DNA of 64,000 nucleotides from Flavobacteriales bacterium (GCA_965662265.1 CBFIGX010000006.1:19050-83049), one strand, 5' to 3'. Shown: positions 7,785 through 18,702, counted from the first letter of the stretch. Program-made: numbers and translations. The notes: generated by a model from the letters alone, not told the origin.

Positions 7785-10268
7785 TTAGAATTGTGTAGAA
7801 ATTTTTAAAGAATACATTCTAGGAGGACCCAATGAGCCCGGCCTTATTTGATATTCTCTGTTCAAGGCATTTTCAATGAGTATTTGTAATTGAGCGTTTT
7901 TGTTAAGTTTGTAGCTCAGTCTAAAGTCTGCAATGATATCTCCGTCTTGAAGTTTTTCTCGTGAAGATTTTATTCCCATATCATAGATGTTAGCATCAGC
8001 TAAAGTAAATAAGTCATTAACATCACTATTAAAAACACCACTTTCAAATAATTGATCGATATTCTCCATATAGCTATTGTATTGAATATATGTTCCAAAA
8101 CTGAATGCGCCATATTCTATGTTAAGGTTTAATTTAACCAAATGTTTATAGCGATATTTAAGGATTTCAGACTCTGGGTTTGAGCTAGTTTTATTGAAAG
8201 TAAGAGGACTAAGTTGAGCTTCAGCTACTTGCCTAATAATCGGCGCTAGATCTGCGCTAATTGACCCATCATTAATGAGACTTTGAATCAAGTCATCAAT
8301 TCGATCGTCAAAGTCGTCGTAGACTTCGTCTGGGTTTACAGCTTTGGGTAAACAGTAGGTATAGCTTAGTTGGCTGCTTAAATTCCATAAATTGATTTTA
8401 CCTTCAGCCAGAATTGAAAAGTCAAGCCCACTAATAGTTGTTTCACCCACATTAATAGGTTTAAAACCAATTCCTAATGGATTGAGGCGAGTAGAGTCTC
8501 CCCATAAACCATAACTATACTCTATCATGTTATCAAATTTCATATGAAATGCTGCTATATCAAAATAGGCAGATAATTTTTCTGATGCCAACCATTTATG
8601 TTTGTAACCTATTTCTGCACTATAGCCAGTTTCTGGTTCTAATTTGGGGTTAGAGTAGATAGATATTTCTCCTGCATCTTTATATAAAAATAGTTCATAC
8701 ATGGAAGGGTACCTGTATCCTTGACCCATAGAAGCTCTGAAAAAGTTTCTGTCGTTAAATTGATAATTGAAGCCAATTCGCGTGATAGGTTTACCTTCCT
8801 TATTGTTCCTTAGGTTGTATCTCTCAAAGCGAGTTCCTAAAGTAAATCTTAAAGGGCCTTGGGTATGATCATATTGATAAAAAAAAGCGTAATTGATTCC
8901 TTTTTGATCATCTGAAAAGAAGTCTGAAAGTCCAACATACTGGTTAAGGTTAGCCCCTAATGAGATTCGTCCATTAAGCCAAATCTTTTGAAATAAATAT
9001 TCTGAATAAAGCGCAATATAGTTGTTTGTTTTTTGATCACCAGTAGGGTTGAAGTTAGTCTGTAAATAGCGACCTAAAAATTTGTGTTTAGTGTTGTTTT
9101 TAGTGTTTACGTAGCTAAGGTGCGGACTTAGTGATAGTTGTCCACTTTTAAATACTGAGAAAGAACTTTCGCTAAAAGGGGTGTAACCTAAACTGTCGCT
9201 AAGGTATATGAAGCCATCTGCTTCATCAAAACGAAGATATGTAGTATTGATACCGTAGTCTAGACCTTTTATTTTTCTAGAGCTATATGAGCTGTTAAGA
9301 TAAAGTCTTGTTCTTTGATTTCCTACATGTAAAATATCTGTAATGGTGTCATTGTCATTAAATGTACTATCTATAAGGCCATTATATCCATCACTTTTAT
9401 GAGCCTGAACGCCAAAACTTAAGCTAAGAGATTTTAATTTTCTAGAGTGATTAAGATTAAACCCTTTTTCTTCTAAATTTATGTCTGCATCGTTCCACCA
9501 GTTTAGTGATTCTCGTGTCGCGTTATCAAAGATACCATAGTAAGCAGATACATTTGTTAATGGGATTGTTGTTGGTTTTTTGCTGGTAATATTAATAACT
9601 CCATTGAGTGCTGACGAACCAAAAAGTACGGAAGAAGCACCTTTGATAATTTCTATATTTTCAATGTTTTCGGCAGGGATAAGTTCCCATTGTACTGCTC
9701 CTGTTGTGGCGTTTGTTACTGGTAACCCGTCTAAAAGTACCAAAACTCTAGATCCAGCACCATAACTCCATCCACTTCCCCCTCTAATATTAAGTTGACC
9801 GTCAATAATGTGAACGCCTGGTGCTTGAGATATTTTTTTTTCGACATTATAGTTGTGCTGATTTTCAATAGTTTGCCCCTTTATAATGTCTAATGAGACA
9901 CTTAATTCTTCAATTTTTTGTTCAAACTTACCGGCACTTAACACAATAGTTTCTAGTTGCTCATTTTTTGAGCTTAACTCTATGTTAACAATTTGATTTT
10001 CATATTTTTTTGCATGAATTTCTATAGTTTTAACTTCAAAAGAAAGGTGCTGAAAGTTTATTATGTAATGACCATTAGGGATCTCTAATTCATAAAAACC
10101 ATCTATGTTACTGATGGTGTTATGTCCTTTATTTGTGCTTACATGCACATTTGATATAGGTGATTTACTTTGTTCATTAGAAATGATTCCAGAGATAATT
10201 ATTTGGGCACTAACACTTAAATTTAGTGTTAATACCAATAATAAAAGAGGGAATTTGAATGTGGACAT
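7785..10268 (-). CDS. TonB-dependent receptor, paralog of 5417..7777
   Basis: 827 aa. Same architecture and a near-identical plug motif, GSGWSYGAGSRVLVLLDGLP...IKGASSVLFGSSALNG. Terminal Phe. Confidence 0.88.
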   Translation of the reverse strand: MSTFKFPLLLLVLTLNLSVSAQIIISGIISNEQSKSPISNVHVSTNKGHNTISNIDGFYELEIPNGHYIINFQHLSFEVKTIEIHAKKYENQIVNIELSSKNEQLETIVLSAGKFEQKIEELSVSLDIIKGQTIENQHNYNVEKKISQAPGVHIIDGQLNIRGGSGWSYGAGSRVLVLLDGLPVTNATTGAVQWELIPAENIENIEIIKGASSVLFGSSALNGVINITSKKPTTIPLTNVSAYYGIFDNATRESLNWWNDADINLEEKGFNLNHSRKLKSLSLSFGVQAHKSDGYNGLIDSTFNDNDTITDILHVGNQRTRLYLNSSYSSRKIKGLDYGINTTYLRFDEADGFIYLSDSLGYTPFSESSFSVFKSGQLSLSPHLSYVNTKNNTKHKFLGRYLQTNFNPTGDQKTNNYIALYSEYLFQKIWLNGRISLGANLNQYVGLSDFFSDDQKGINYAFFYQYDHTQGPLRFTLGTRFERYNLRNNKEGKPITRIGFNYQFNDRNFFRASMGQGYRYPSMYELFLYKDAGEISIYSNPKLEPETGYSAEIGYKHKWLASEKLSAYFDIAAFHMKFDNMIEYSYGLWGDSTRLNPLGIGFKPINVGETTISGLDFSILAEGKINLWNLSSQLSYTYCLPKAVNPDEVYDDFDDRIDDLIQSLINDGSISADLAPIIRQVAEAQLSPLTFNKTSSNPESEILKYRYKHLVKLNLNIEYGAFSFGTYIQYNSYMENIDQLFESGVFNSDVNDLFTLADANIYDMGIKSSREKLQDGDIIADFRLSYKLNKNAQLQILIENALNREYQIRPGSLGPPRMYSLKISTQF

Positions 10269-10285
10269 AATAAATAACTTATTTT

Positions 10286-10293
10286 CAAAAATA
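10286..10293 (-). promoter_or_regulatory. -7 promoter box TAttTTTG for the receptor-receptor-kdsB-SPOR string
   Basis: Plus strand caaaaata, 18 nt upstream of the ATG at 10268. Confidence 0.45.
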
Positions 10294-10304
10294 ACTTTAA
10301 TTAA

Positions 10305-11408
10305 TTGAATTCATACAAAATATATCAAATTGCTTTAACGATGTTACCAATGGTTGGGGATGTAGTTGCCAAAAAATTGATAGCTTATTGTGGAAGTGCT
10401 GAAGCCGTATTTAAAGCATCTAAAAAATCATTGATGGCTATTCCTGGAGTTGGAACTCGTATTGCGAACTCAATAGTCTCACAAGATGTGTTGTTGGTAG
10501 CTGAGGGTGAACTTCGTTTTATGGAAAAAAACAATATTCAAGCGATTTATTACTTAGATGAAGCATATTCATTTCGATTGAAACAATGCATTGATGCACC
10601 CGTAATGCTTTACATGAAAGGCGATGTCAATTTGAATGCTAGGCGATTCTTGTCAATTGTAGGTACACGAAATGCATCCGATTATGGTAAGTCTGTTACA
10701 GAGCAGCTTATTGCAGAGCTTAGCCATCTAGAGGGTTTGGTTGTAGTAAGTGGATTGGCCTATGGTATTGATGTGACTGCGCACAAAGTATGTCTTAAGC
10801 ACAATATCCCAACGATAGGAGTTGTTGCTCACGGTCTAGATAGGCTTTACCCAAATGCTCATTCAAAAATAGCTCTTAAAATGATAGAAAACGGAGCTTT
10901 AATGAGTGATTTCATTTCAGGGACAAATCCTGATCGTGAAAATTTTCCAAAGAGAAATCGAATAATAGCAGGATTGTCAGATGCTACTTTGGTGGTGGAA
11001 GCCCGCAAAAAAGGAGGTGCCCTTATTACTGCAGGTATAGCAAATTCTTATGCAAGAGATGTCTTTTCAGTTCCAGGTAGAGTGGGAGATCTAAACTCAG
11101 AGGGGTGTAACAATCTAATTCGAACAAATCAAGCTGCCTTAGTACAAAATGCTAAAGACATCTGTTATCTTATGAGGTGGGATCAAGAAGTCACAAAAAA
11201 GCTCCCAAGGCAACCCCAATTATTTGTTGAATTGACAAAAGATGAAACAGAAATTTTAGAAATTTTATCTCTTAATGATAAACTGCAAATAAACCTCATA
11301 TCATATCAGTCAAAAATGAGTATTTCGAAAATTGTGCAGATTCTGTTGGCCCTAGAAATCAAGGGTTTGGTAAAACCACTCCCTGGCAACCAATATGCAA
11401 AGTCCTAA
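10305..11408 (+). CDS. dprA: DNA-processing protein DprA (Smf)
   Basis: 367 aa. IYQIALTMLPMVGDVVAKKLI N-terminus and a Rossmann core, VVSGLAYGIDVTAH...GGALITA. TTG start directly after an in-frame TAA. Only 36 bp separate it from the divergent receptor gene. Confidence 0.9.
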   Translation: MNSYKIYQIALTMLPMVGDVVAKKLIAYCGSAEAVFKASKKSLMAIPGVGTRIANSIVSQDVLLVAEGELRFMEKNNIQAIYYLDEAYSFRLKQCIDAPVMLYMKGDVNLNARRFLSIVGTRNASDYGKSVTEQLIAELSHLEGLVVVSGLAYGIDVTAHKVCLKHNIPTIGVVAHGLDRLYPNAHSKIALKMIENGALMSDFISGTNPDRENFPKRNRIIAGLSDATLVVEARKKGGALITAGIANSYARDVFSVPGRVGDLNSEGCNNLIRTNQAALVQNAKDICYLMRWDQEVTKKLPRQPQLFVELTKDETEILEILSLNDKLQINLISYQSKMSISKIVQILLALEIKGLVKPLPGNQYAKS

Positions 11409-11445
11409 AAAAATAGTTTTTAGTTGTTAGAAATGAAAAATGTTA

Positions 11446-11453
11446 TAGGTTTG
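11446..11453 (+). promoter_or_regulatory. -7 promoter box TAggTTTG for gdhA
   Basis: Exact TAnnTTTG, 34 nt upstream of the ATG at 11487. Confidence 0.45.
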
Positions 11454-11486
11454 TAGGGTATTTAATCAATTAAATAGCTTTTAAAG

Positions 11487-12833
11487 ATGGAAGCAAAAAT
11501 CAAAACTTTTATCGATCGTGTAAAAGTTAGAAATGGTCACGAGCCAGAATTCATTCAAGCGGTAACAGAAGTTGCCGAAGCAGTTATCCCTTTTGTTGAA
11601 AAAAATCCGAAATACGCTGATGCAAAAATATTAGAACGTATGGTAGAACCAGAGCGCGTAGTGATCTTTCGCGTTCCTTGGTTAGATGATAAAGGAGAGG
11701 TGCAGGTAAACAGAGGTTTTCGCATAGAAATGAACAGCGCCATAGGTCCTTACAAAGGAGGGCTGCGTTTTCACCCTTCTGTAAATTTAGGAATTTTAAA
11801 ATTCCTAGCCTTTGAGCAAGTTTTTAAAAACAGCTTAACGACACTTCCTATGGGAGGCGGTAAAGGTGGTGCCGACTTCGACCCTAAAGGCAAGTCAGAC
11901 AATGAAGTAATGCGTTTTTGTCAAAGTTTTATGACCGAGCTGGCCCGACACATTGGTCCTAACACTGATGTTCCTGCAGGAGACATAGGAGTAGGTGGAC
12001 GTGAAATAGGTTATATGTTTGGTCAATATAAGCGTTTGAAAAACGAATTTACTGGCGTACTTACTGGTAAAGGCGCCAACTGGGGCGGTTCTTTAATTCG
12101 TCCTGAAGCGACAGGGTACGGCTGTGTGTACTTTGCCGATGAGATGCTTAACAAGAGCAATGATAATTTTCAGGGCAAAACAGTAGCCATTTCTGGTTCT
12201 GGAAATGTGGCGCAATTTGCTTTGCAAAAAGTAATTCACCTTGGAGGTAAAGTTGTTACAGTTTCGGATTCTTCGGGCTACTTGTATGCTCCAAACGGCA
12301 TTCATGCCGAAAAGCTCGATTATTTAATGGAGCTGAAAAACGTAAAAAGAGGACGCTTAAAAGAAATGGTAAATGCTTTCGAAGATGTGCAATATTTTGA
12401 AGGTGAAAGAGCTTGGAACGCCCCTTGTAACATTGATGTAGTCCTCCCTTGTGCTACCCAAAACGAGTTGAACGGAGATAATGCTAGGGTTTTGTTAGAC
12501 AAAGGCTTGATGTTGGTTGCCGAAGGAGCTAACATGCCTTCTACACCTGAGGCTATAGAGCTTTTCCACAAGAGTGGTATCTTGTTTGCTCCAGGAAAAG
12601 CTTCCAATGCAGGTGGTGTCGCAGTTTCTGGACTAGAAATGTCACAAAATTCACTTCGCTACAATTGGACTCGCGAAGAAGTAGATGCGAAACTAAAACA
12701 AATAATGAAAGATATTCATAAGGCTTGCGTAAAGTATGGTTCTGAAGGCGATTTTGTAGACTATGTAAAAGGTGCAAATATTGCTGGATTTGTAAAAGTG
12801 GCAGACTCTATGATAGATCAAGGAGTAGTATAA
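11487..12833 (+). CDS. gdhA: NADP-specific glutamate dehydrogenase
   Basis: 448 aa. [39 protein letters not shown] signature. Confidence 0.95.
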   Translation: MEAKIKTFIDRVKVRNGHEPEFIQAVTEVAEAVIPFVEKNPKYADAKILERMVEPERVVIFRVPWLDDKGEVQVNRGFRIEMNSAIGPYKGGLRFHPSVNLGILKFLAFEQVFKNSLTTLPMGGGKGGADFDPKGKSDNEVMRFCQSFMTELARHIGPNTDVPAGDIGVGGREIGYMFGQYKRLKNEFTGVLTGKGANWGGSLIRPEATGYGCVYFADEMLNKSNDNFQGKTVAISGSGNVAQFALQKVIHLGGKVVTVSDSSGYLYAPNGIHAEKLDYLMELKNVKRGRLKEMVNAFEDVQYFEGERAWNAPCNIDVVLPCATQNELNGDNARVLLDKGLMLVAEGANMPSTPEAIELFHKSGILFAPGKASNAGGVAVSGLEMSQNSLRYNWTREEVDAKLKQIMKDIHKACVKYGSEGDFVDYVKGANIAGFVKVADSMIDQGVV

Positions 12834-13066
12834 TGCTCCTATAATCCATATATAAAAGGCTTCTGAAGTCGGAAGCATTTTGTTGTGCAACCGCCTCAAT
12901 ATATATATGTGAATTTTAGACCACCGAAAGCATGTGATTTGCTACATCTGTGTTGTATTTTGACATCAAGGCCTATGCTGATATTTAAACACAACAGTTG
13001 GATGATTTTATACAAATAATAAGTTTTAGATCTTTTCTCTAATTAACCTCAAGTAGTCAAAATTCA

Positions 13067-13074
13067 TATCTTTG
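13067..13074 (+). promoter_or_regulatory. -7 promoter box TAtcTTTG for kbl
   Basis: Exact TAnnTTTG, 28 nt upstream of the GTG start at 13102. Confidence 0.45.
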
Positions 13075-13101
13075 CAAGCCTTAACAAATAAATAAAAAAC
13101 G

Positions 13102-14289
13102 GTGTACGGAGATTATAAATCGCATTTGCAAAGTCAGCTAGAAGATATTAAGGCTTCTGGCTTGTACAAAAAAGAAAGAATCATAATAGGTCCTCAGGGT
13201 GGGGATGTTAAAGTTAGTGATGGCTCGCAAGTCATTAACTTTTGTGCTAACAATTACTTGGGCCTTTCCTCTCATCCCGATGTCATTCAGGCTTCCAAAG
13301 CCACACTAGATTCCCATGGTTTCGGAATGTCTTCAGTACGATTTATTTGTGGCACACAAGATATTCACAAGCAGTTGGAAGATAAAATATCTGCATTTTT
13401 AGGTATGGAAGATACCATACTGTATGCCGCAGCCTTTGATGCTAATGGGGGTGTATTTGAGCCTCTGTTTACTGCAGAAGATGCCATTATTTCCGACGAG
13501 CTAAACCACGCATCTATTATTGACGGAGTTCGCTTGTGTAAGGCCCAACGTTTCCGGTACAAGAATAGCGATATGATCGACTTGGAGGCAAAGCTGCAAG
13601 CGGCCCAATCGGCACGCTACAGAATAATTGTTACCGATGGGGTGTTTTCTATGGATGGCTACATTGCCAAACTAGACAAAATATGCGACTTGGCAGACAA
13701 ATACAATGCTTTGGTTATGGTAGACGATTGTCATGCCACTGGTTTTGTAGGGAAAACAGGTAGAGGTACTCACGAGCATTGCGGTGTAATGGGTAGAGTA
13801 GATATTATTACAGGAACCTTAGGGAAGGCACTGGGAGGAGCCATGGGTGGTTTTACTGCTGCCAAAAAAGAAATTGTAGACATTTTACGTCAACGCTCCC
13901 GCCCTTATTTATTTTCTAATTCATTAGCACCCAACTTAGTGGGTGCCGCAAATACGGTATTGGATTTACTAAGCACCTCTACCTTGTTAAGAGACAAGCT
14001 AGAAGGTAATGCCAAGCAGTTTAGGGCAGGAATGGAGGCTGCAGGTTTTGACTTGCGCCCAGGCGAACACGCCATTATACCCGTTATGTTGTACGATGCA
14101 GAATTGTCGCAACAGTTTGCAGATAAATTGTTGGAAGAAGGAATTTATGTGATTGGCTTCTTTTATCCGGTGGTACCCAAAGATTTGGCGCGAATACGCG
14201 TTCAGATATCGGCGGCCCACGAGTCGCATCATATACAAAAAGCCATTGCTGCTTTTACCAAAGTAGGGAAAGAGCTGGGCGTAATATAA
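13102..14289 (+). CDS. kbl: Glycine C-acetyltransferase (2-amino-3-ketobutyrate CoA ligase)
   Basis: 395 aa. GTG start. PLP-lysine region [22 protein letters not shown] motif. Confidence 0.92.
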   Translation: MYGDYKSHLQSQLEDIKASGLYKKERIIIGPQGGDVKVSDGSQVINFCANNYLGLSSHPDVIQASKATLDSHGFGMSSVRFICGTQDIHKQLEDKISAFLGMEDTILYAAAFDANGGVFEPLFTAEDAIISDELNHASIIDGVRLCKAQRFRYKNSDMIDLEAKLQAAQSARYRIIVTDGVFSMDGYIAKLDKICDLADKYNALVMVDDCHATGFVGKTGRGTHEHCGVMGRVDIITGTLGKALGGAMGGFTAAKKEIVDILRQRSRPYLFSNSLAPNLVGAANTVLDLLSTSTLLRDKLEGNAKQFRAGMEAAGFDLRPGEHAIIPVMLYDAELSQQFADKLLEEGIYVIGFFYPVVPKDLARIRVQISAAHESHHIQKAIAAFTKVGKELGVI

Positions 14290-14491
14290 TAGGGGTTATG
14301 CACTGCTAGGGTGTATTAAAAAAGAGCTTAAATTTGAACGCTGCTCTCCAATTAAATCTCTATTTGTGAATAAGTATACGCATCCGCGCCTTAAACTATT
14401 TTACTGTCAGTAGGTAAGCCTTAAAAAAGCTTAAAATTTAAGATTGGATAAAGATAATGGGGGTAGGGTGGTTAATTGTAAAAAAAATAAC

Positions 14492-14499
14492 TACCTTTG
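14492..14499 (+). promoter_or_regulatory. -7 promoter box TAccTTTG for rplM-rpsI
   Basis: Exact TAnnTTTG, 68 nt upstream of the GTG start. The leader contains the hairpin atgggca/tgtccat (14512-14530). Confidence 0.45.
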
Positions 14500-14566
14500 C
14501 CCTCCGTTTTTATGGGCATGTTGTGTCCATTTGTAAAGGAAATTAACTAACCTAAATCAGTAAAAG

Positions 14567-15022
14567 GTGAATACATTAAGCTACAAAACTGTATCAGCAA
14601 ATGCGCAAACCGTTCAGAAAGAATGGTTGTTGGTAGATGCTGATGGACAGACGTTGGGGCGTATGGCTTCTAAGGTTGCAAAACTGATCCGTGGTAAGCA
14701 CAAACCAAGTTTTACCCCACATGTAGACTGTGGAGATAATGTGATTGTGATTAACGCTGACAAGATTGTTTTAACAGGCGACAAATGGGAAGCTAAAGAG
14801 TACATTAGCCATACAGGTTATCCTGGTGGTCAGCGTAACGCCACAGCAAGAGAAGTATTTGAGAAGGATCCTACGCGTTTGGTAACAAAAGCGGTTTATG
14901 GAATGCTTCCAAAAAACAAATTAGGAGCTGCTTTGAATAGAAATTTACGTGTCTTCGTTGGCGATGCACACGGGATGGAAGCTCAGAAGCCAAAACAAAT
15001 CAACTTAAAAGATATCAAATAA
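14567..15022 (+). CDS. rplM: 50S ribosomal protein L13
   Basis: 151 aa. GTG start. [23 protein letters not shown]-terminus. Confidence 0.97.
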   Translation: MNTLSYKTVSANAQTVQKEWLLVDADGQTLGRMASKVAKLIRGKHKPSFTPHVDCGDNVIVINADKIVLTGDKWEAKEYISHTGYPGGQRNATAREVFEKDPTRLVTKAVYGMLPKNKLGAALNRNLRVFVGDAHGMEAQKPKQINLKDIK

Positions 15023-15023
15023 G

Positions 15024-15410
15024 ATGGAAGTTGTTCACACAATCGGTAGAAGAAAAAAAGCGGTAGCCCGTGTATACCTTACAGAAGGTAAAGGTGCTAT
15101 TGTGGTAAATGGTAAAGATGTAAAAGACTACTTTACTACTGCTACGCTACAATACAAACTTGAGCAAGCTCAAGCTTTGGCCGGTGTCGAGGGTCAATAC
15201 GATATTAAAGTAAACGTAGACGGTGGTGGTATCACTGGTCAAGCTGAGGCGATTCGTCTTGGCATATCGCGTGCTTTAGTACAAGTAGATCCTGATCACC
15301 GTGCAGCCTTGAAACCAGAAGGATTGCTAACTCGTGACCCTAGAATGGTAGAGCGTAAGAAACCAGGACAGAAGAAAGCTCGTAAGAAATTCCAGTTCTC
15401 TAAACGTTAA
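15024..15410 (+). CDS. rpsI: 30S ribosomal protein S9
   Basis: 128 aa. [19 protein letters not shown] and C-terminal KKFQFSKR. Confidence 0.97.
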   Translation: MEVVHTIGRRKKAVARVYLTEGKGAIVVNGKDVKDYFTTATLQYKLEQAQALAGVEGQYDIKVNVDGGGITGQAEAIRLGISRALVQVDPDHRAALKPEGLLTRDPRMVERKKPGQKKARKKFQFSKR

Positions 15411-15501
15411 AATTGGTTTAGTATCTAAATTATTGAGACTGCTAAAAGCATTACTTGATAATTGCGTAATAATCGAAAAAAGAAAGTAAACAGACAATAA
15501 A

Positions 15502-16308
15502 ATGGCTGATATCAAAGAACTATTAGACGCAGGTGTACACTTTGGTCACCTTACGCGTAAGTGGAATCCAAATATGGCACCATACATCTTTATGGAGCGC
15601 AACGGGATTCATATTATCGATCTGAACAAAACTGCAGTAAAGCTTGATGAAGCTGCTGAAGCCTTGAAAAAGATTGCTCGATCGGGAAGAAAAATTATGT
15701 ATGTGGCAACCAAGAAACAAGCCAAAGAGTTGGTTTCTAATGCCGCACAAGAAGTAAACATGCCATACATTACTGAGCGTTGGCCAGGTGGTATGTTAAC
15801 CAATTTTGTGACCATTCGTAAAGCAGTTAAAAAAATGTCTTCTATTGATAAAATGAAGGCCGATGGTACCTTTATGGTTCTTTCTAAAAGAGAGCGCTTA
15901 CAAATTGATCGTCAAAGAGCCAAGCTTGAAAAAAACTTAGGTTCTATTGCTGATATGACCCGATTGCCAGCGGCTATATTTATTGTAGACGTCAAGCGTG
16001 AAGCGATTGCTATTGCAGAAGCAAAAAAGTTAGGAATTCCTACTTTTGCAATGGTAGATACAAATGCTGATCCTGAATTGGTAGATTTCGCTATTCCCTC
16101 TAACGATGATGCTTCAAAATCCATTACAACCATCTTAAATGCAGTAAATGCAGGTGTGAAAGAAGGATTAGCAGAGCGCAAAAAAGAAAAAGAAGTTCAG
16201 GCGGCTGCTAAAAAAGACGAAGCTGAAGCAAAGGCCAAGGCAGAATCTAAAGCGAAAGAGCAAAAAGCAGACGCTAAGGAAGAAGTGAAAGCTGAAAAAG
16301 CGAATTAA
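15502..16308 (+). CDS. rpsB: 30S ribosomal protein S2 (with a Lys/Ala/Glu-rich C-terminal tail)
   Basis: 268 aa. LLDAGVHFGHLTRKWNPNM N-terminus. Confidence 0.97.
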   Translation: MADIKELLDAGVHFGHLTRKWNPNMAPYIFMERNGIHIIDLNKTAVKLDEAAEALKKIARSGRKIMYVATKKQAKELVSNAAQEVNMPYITERWPGGMLTNFVTIRKAVKKMSSIDKMKADGTFMVLSKRERLQIDRQRAKLEKNLGSIADMTRLPAAIFIVDVKREAIAIAEAKKLGIPTFAMVDTNADPELVDFAIPSNDDASKSITTILNAVNAGVKEGLAERKKEKEVQAAAKKDEAEAKAKAESKAKEQKADAKEEVKAEKAN

Positions 16309-16328
16309 TTCTTAAATAATAAAGCATT

Positions 16329-17291
16329 ATGAAAATTACTGCTGCAGAAGTAAATAAATTAAGAAAGCAAACAGGTGCCGGAATGATGGACTGCAAGAAA
16401 GCTCTTGTGGAAGCTGAGGGCGACTTTGATGCTGCGGTTGATATCCTTCGTAAAAAAGGTCAGAAAATTGCTGCGAAGCGTGCCGATAGAGACGCCTCTG
16501 AAGGAGTGGCTATTACTAAAATTAATGACGACAAAACGATAGGAGTTGCTATGGTTTTGGCTTGTGAAACAGACTTTGTTGCAATTAACGATTCTTTTAA
16601 AGCACTAGCAACTGAGTTTGCTGACAGAGCCTTAGGTTTTGCCAATAAAGAAGAATTTTTAGCATCAGACTTTGACGGTATGACAGTGACTGAAAAACTT
16701 ACAGAGCAATCTGGAGTCATTGGTGAGAAAATTGAAATCAAAGGTTTTGAACGAGTAGAAGCAAAATTCGTTGGATCATATACTCATGGTACTAAAATTG
16801 CCGTCGTGGTAGGACTTGACAATGCCGTTGATAAAGCCGACCAGTTGGCTAAAGACTTGTCCATGCAAGTAGCCTCTATGGGTGCTACTACTTTGTCTTA
16901 CAAAGATTTTGATACCGCTTTTGTGGCTTCTGAAACCGAAGCAAGAATTGCTGTAATCGAAAAAGAGAACGAAGAGCTTGCGCGTTTAGGCAAAACACTT
17001 AAAAATGTACCTCAGTACATTTCTATGTCTCAACTCACAGATGAGGTTATGGCTAAAGCAAAAAGTGAAATCGAAGCTCAATTGGCTGCTGAAGGGAAGC
17101 CAGAGAAAATTTGGGATAAAATAGTACCTGGTAAAGTAGATCGTTTTATTGCTGACAATACAACGCTAGATCAAGAAATGTGTCTTTTAGATCAAGATTT
17201 TATTAAAGACGAAAAGAAGAACGTGGCAGAATACATAGCTACTTATGGTGATGTAAATGTTTCAGGATTCAAAAGAGTTTCTTTAGGATAA
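16329..17291 (+). CDS. tsf: Translation elongation factor Ts
   Basis: 320 aa. ITAAEVNKLRKQTGAGMMDCKKAL UBA-like N-terminus. Confidence 0.96.
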   Translation: MKITAAEVNKLRKQTGAGMMDCKKALVEAEGDFDAAVDILRKKGQKIAAKRADRDASEGVAITKINDDKTIGVAMVLACETDFVAINDSFKALATEFADRALGFANKEEFLASDFDGMTVTEKLTEQSGVIGEKIEIKGFERVEAKFVGSYTHGTKIAVVVGLDNAVDKADQLAKDLSMQVASMGATTLSYKDFDTAFVASETEARIAVIEKENEELARLGKTLKNVPQYISMSQLTDEVMAKAKSEIEAQLAAEGKPEKIWDKIVPGKVDRFIADNTTLDQEMCLLDQDFIKDEKKNVAEYIATYGDVNVSGFKRVSLG

Positions 17292-17310
17292 TCAAAATAC
17301 ACATAAAAAA

Positions 17311-17336
17311 ACCACTCTGAGAAGAGTGGTTTTTTT
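17311..17336 (+). terminator. Rho-independent terminator after tsf
   Basis: accactct (17311-17318) / agagtggt (17323-17330), loop gaga, then T6. An A-run precedes it. Confidence 0.8.
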
Positions 17337-17383
17337 GTGCCTAAAATTTTCGAAAAGAGAATTTTTACTTTGCGGGTTTTAGC

Positions 17384-17391
17384 TATCTTTG
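17384..17391 (+). promoter_or_regulatory. -7 promoter box TAtcTTTG for pyrH-frr
   Basis: Exact TAnnTTTG, 20 nt upstream of the ATG at 17411. Confidence 0.45.
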
Positions 17392-17410
17392 AAAAACTAT
17401 AATTTCACCT

Positions 17411-18127
17411 ATGAAATACAAAAGAATACTTCTGAAGCTAAGTGGAGAAGCCTTGATGGGGGAAGGTCAGTATGGCATATCTCCGGATAAAATTGCCGAA
17501 TATGCCAAAGAAATCCAATCTATCGTTAATTTAGGTTGTGAAGTAGCTATTGTAATTGGTGGAGGAAACATATTTAGAGGTATTCAGGCGGCTAATAGCG
17601 GTATGGATCGTGTTCAAGGAGATTATATGGGAATGCTAGCCACCGTAATTAACGGATTAGCACTACAATCATCATTAGAACACATACAAGTAAATACCCG
17701 TCTGATGACGGCTATCAAAATGGATGAAGTTGCCGAGCCTTTTATTAGAAGACGGGCAGTAAGACATCTGGAGAAGGGGAGAGTCGTAATTTTTTCTGCT
17801 GGAACGGGAAATCCTTATTTTACAACTGATACAGCGGCTACACTTAGAGCTATAGAAGTAGAAGCCGACGTTATTCTCAAAGGAACTCGTGTAGATGGAA
17901 TTTATACGGCAGATCCTGAAAAGGATCCCACTGCAACAAAGTACGATACCATTACCTTTGATGAGGTGTATCAAAAAGGACTTAATGTAATGGATATGAC
18001 CGCCTTTACCTTGTGCAATGAAAATAAACTACCCATCATGGTATTTAATATGAATACAACAGGTAATTTATTAAACGCAGTAAAAGGAGCTGAAGTGGGT
18101 ACTTTGGTATCCTTTGAATCGAATTAA
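17411..18127 (+). CDS. pyrH: UMP kinase
   Basis: 238 aa. [12 protein letters not shown] and [10 protein letters not shown] motifs. Confidence 0.96.
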   Translation: MKYKRILLKLSGEALMGEGQYGISPDKIAEYAKEIQSIVNLGCEVAIVIGGGNIFRGIQAANSGMDRVQGDYMGMLATVINGLALQSSLEHIQVNTRLMTAIKMDEVAEPFIRRRAVRHLEKGRVVIFSAGTGNPYFTTDTAATLRAIEVEADVILKGTRVDGIYTADPEKDPTATKYDTITFDEVYQKGLNVMDMTAFTLCNENKLPIMVFNMNTTGNLLNAVKGAEVGTLVSFESN

Positions 18128-18138
18128 ACTAATCAGTC

Positions 18139-18702
18139 ATGACAGAAGAAGTACAGTTTTGTATAGATAGCGCAAAAGAGAGTATGAACAAATCTATTGC
18201 GCATTACGAATCCGAATTACTAAAGATTAGAGCCGGTAGAGCAAATCCTCAGATGCTTTCCGGAGTCATGGTTGATTATTATGGAACCATGACTGCTTTG
18301 CCACAGGTAGCAAATGTTGGTGCGCCAGATGCTAGAACTCTTACCGTACAGCCTTGGGAGAAAAATATGCTCGTAGAGCTTAATAAGGCTATCATTAATG
18401 CCAACTTAGGTTTTAGCCCTATGGACAACGGTGAAATGCTTATCATCAATATCCCACCTTTAACAGAAGAGCGCCGTAGAGATCTTGTGAAAAGAGCAAA
18501 GTCTGAGGCTGAAAATTGTAAAGTGTCTATTCGCTCTGCCAGAAAAGATGCTAACGACGAAATAAAACAACTCGGGAAAGATGGACTGCCTGAAGATTCT
18601 GTTAAAGACGCTGAAGTTTCTATTCAAAAACTTACCGATTCTTATATCGCAAAAATTGACGCAATCCTCAAAGTAAAGGATGCTGAAATAATGAAAGTAT
18701 AA
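18139..18702 (+). CDS. frr: Ribosome recycling factor
   Basis: 187 aa. LLKIRAGRANPQML and PPLTEERRRDLVK motifs. Confidence 0.96.
   Translation: MTEEVQFCIDSAKESMNKSIAHYESELLKIRAGRANPQMLSGVMVDYYGTMTALPQVANVGAPDARTLTVQPWEKNMLVELNKAIINANLGFSPMDNGEMLIINIPPLTEERRRDLVKRAKSEAENCKVSIRSARKDANDEIKQLGKDGLPEDSVKDAEVSIQKLTDSYIAKIDAILKVKDAEIMKV

Noticed and set aside
12834-13066. Possible terminator or ncRNA in the 268-bp gdhA-kbl spacer
   Set aside because: The only hairpin after gdhA is 5 bp (gcttc/gaagc, around 12866..12883) with a weak T-tract. The further pairings I tried (ctgtgttgt with cacaacag) need bulges. No tRNA-like or other recognisable RNA signature is present, so this is too weak to call.
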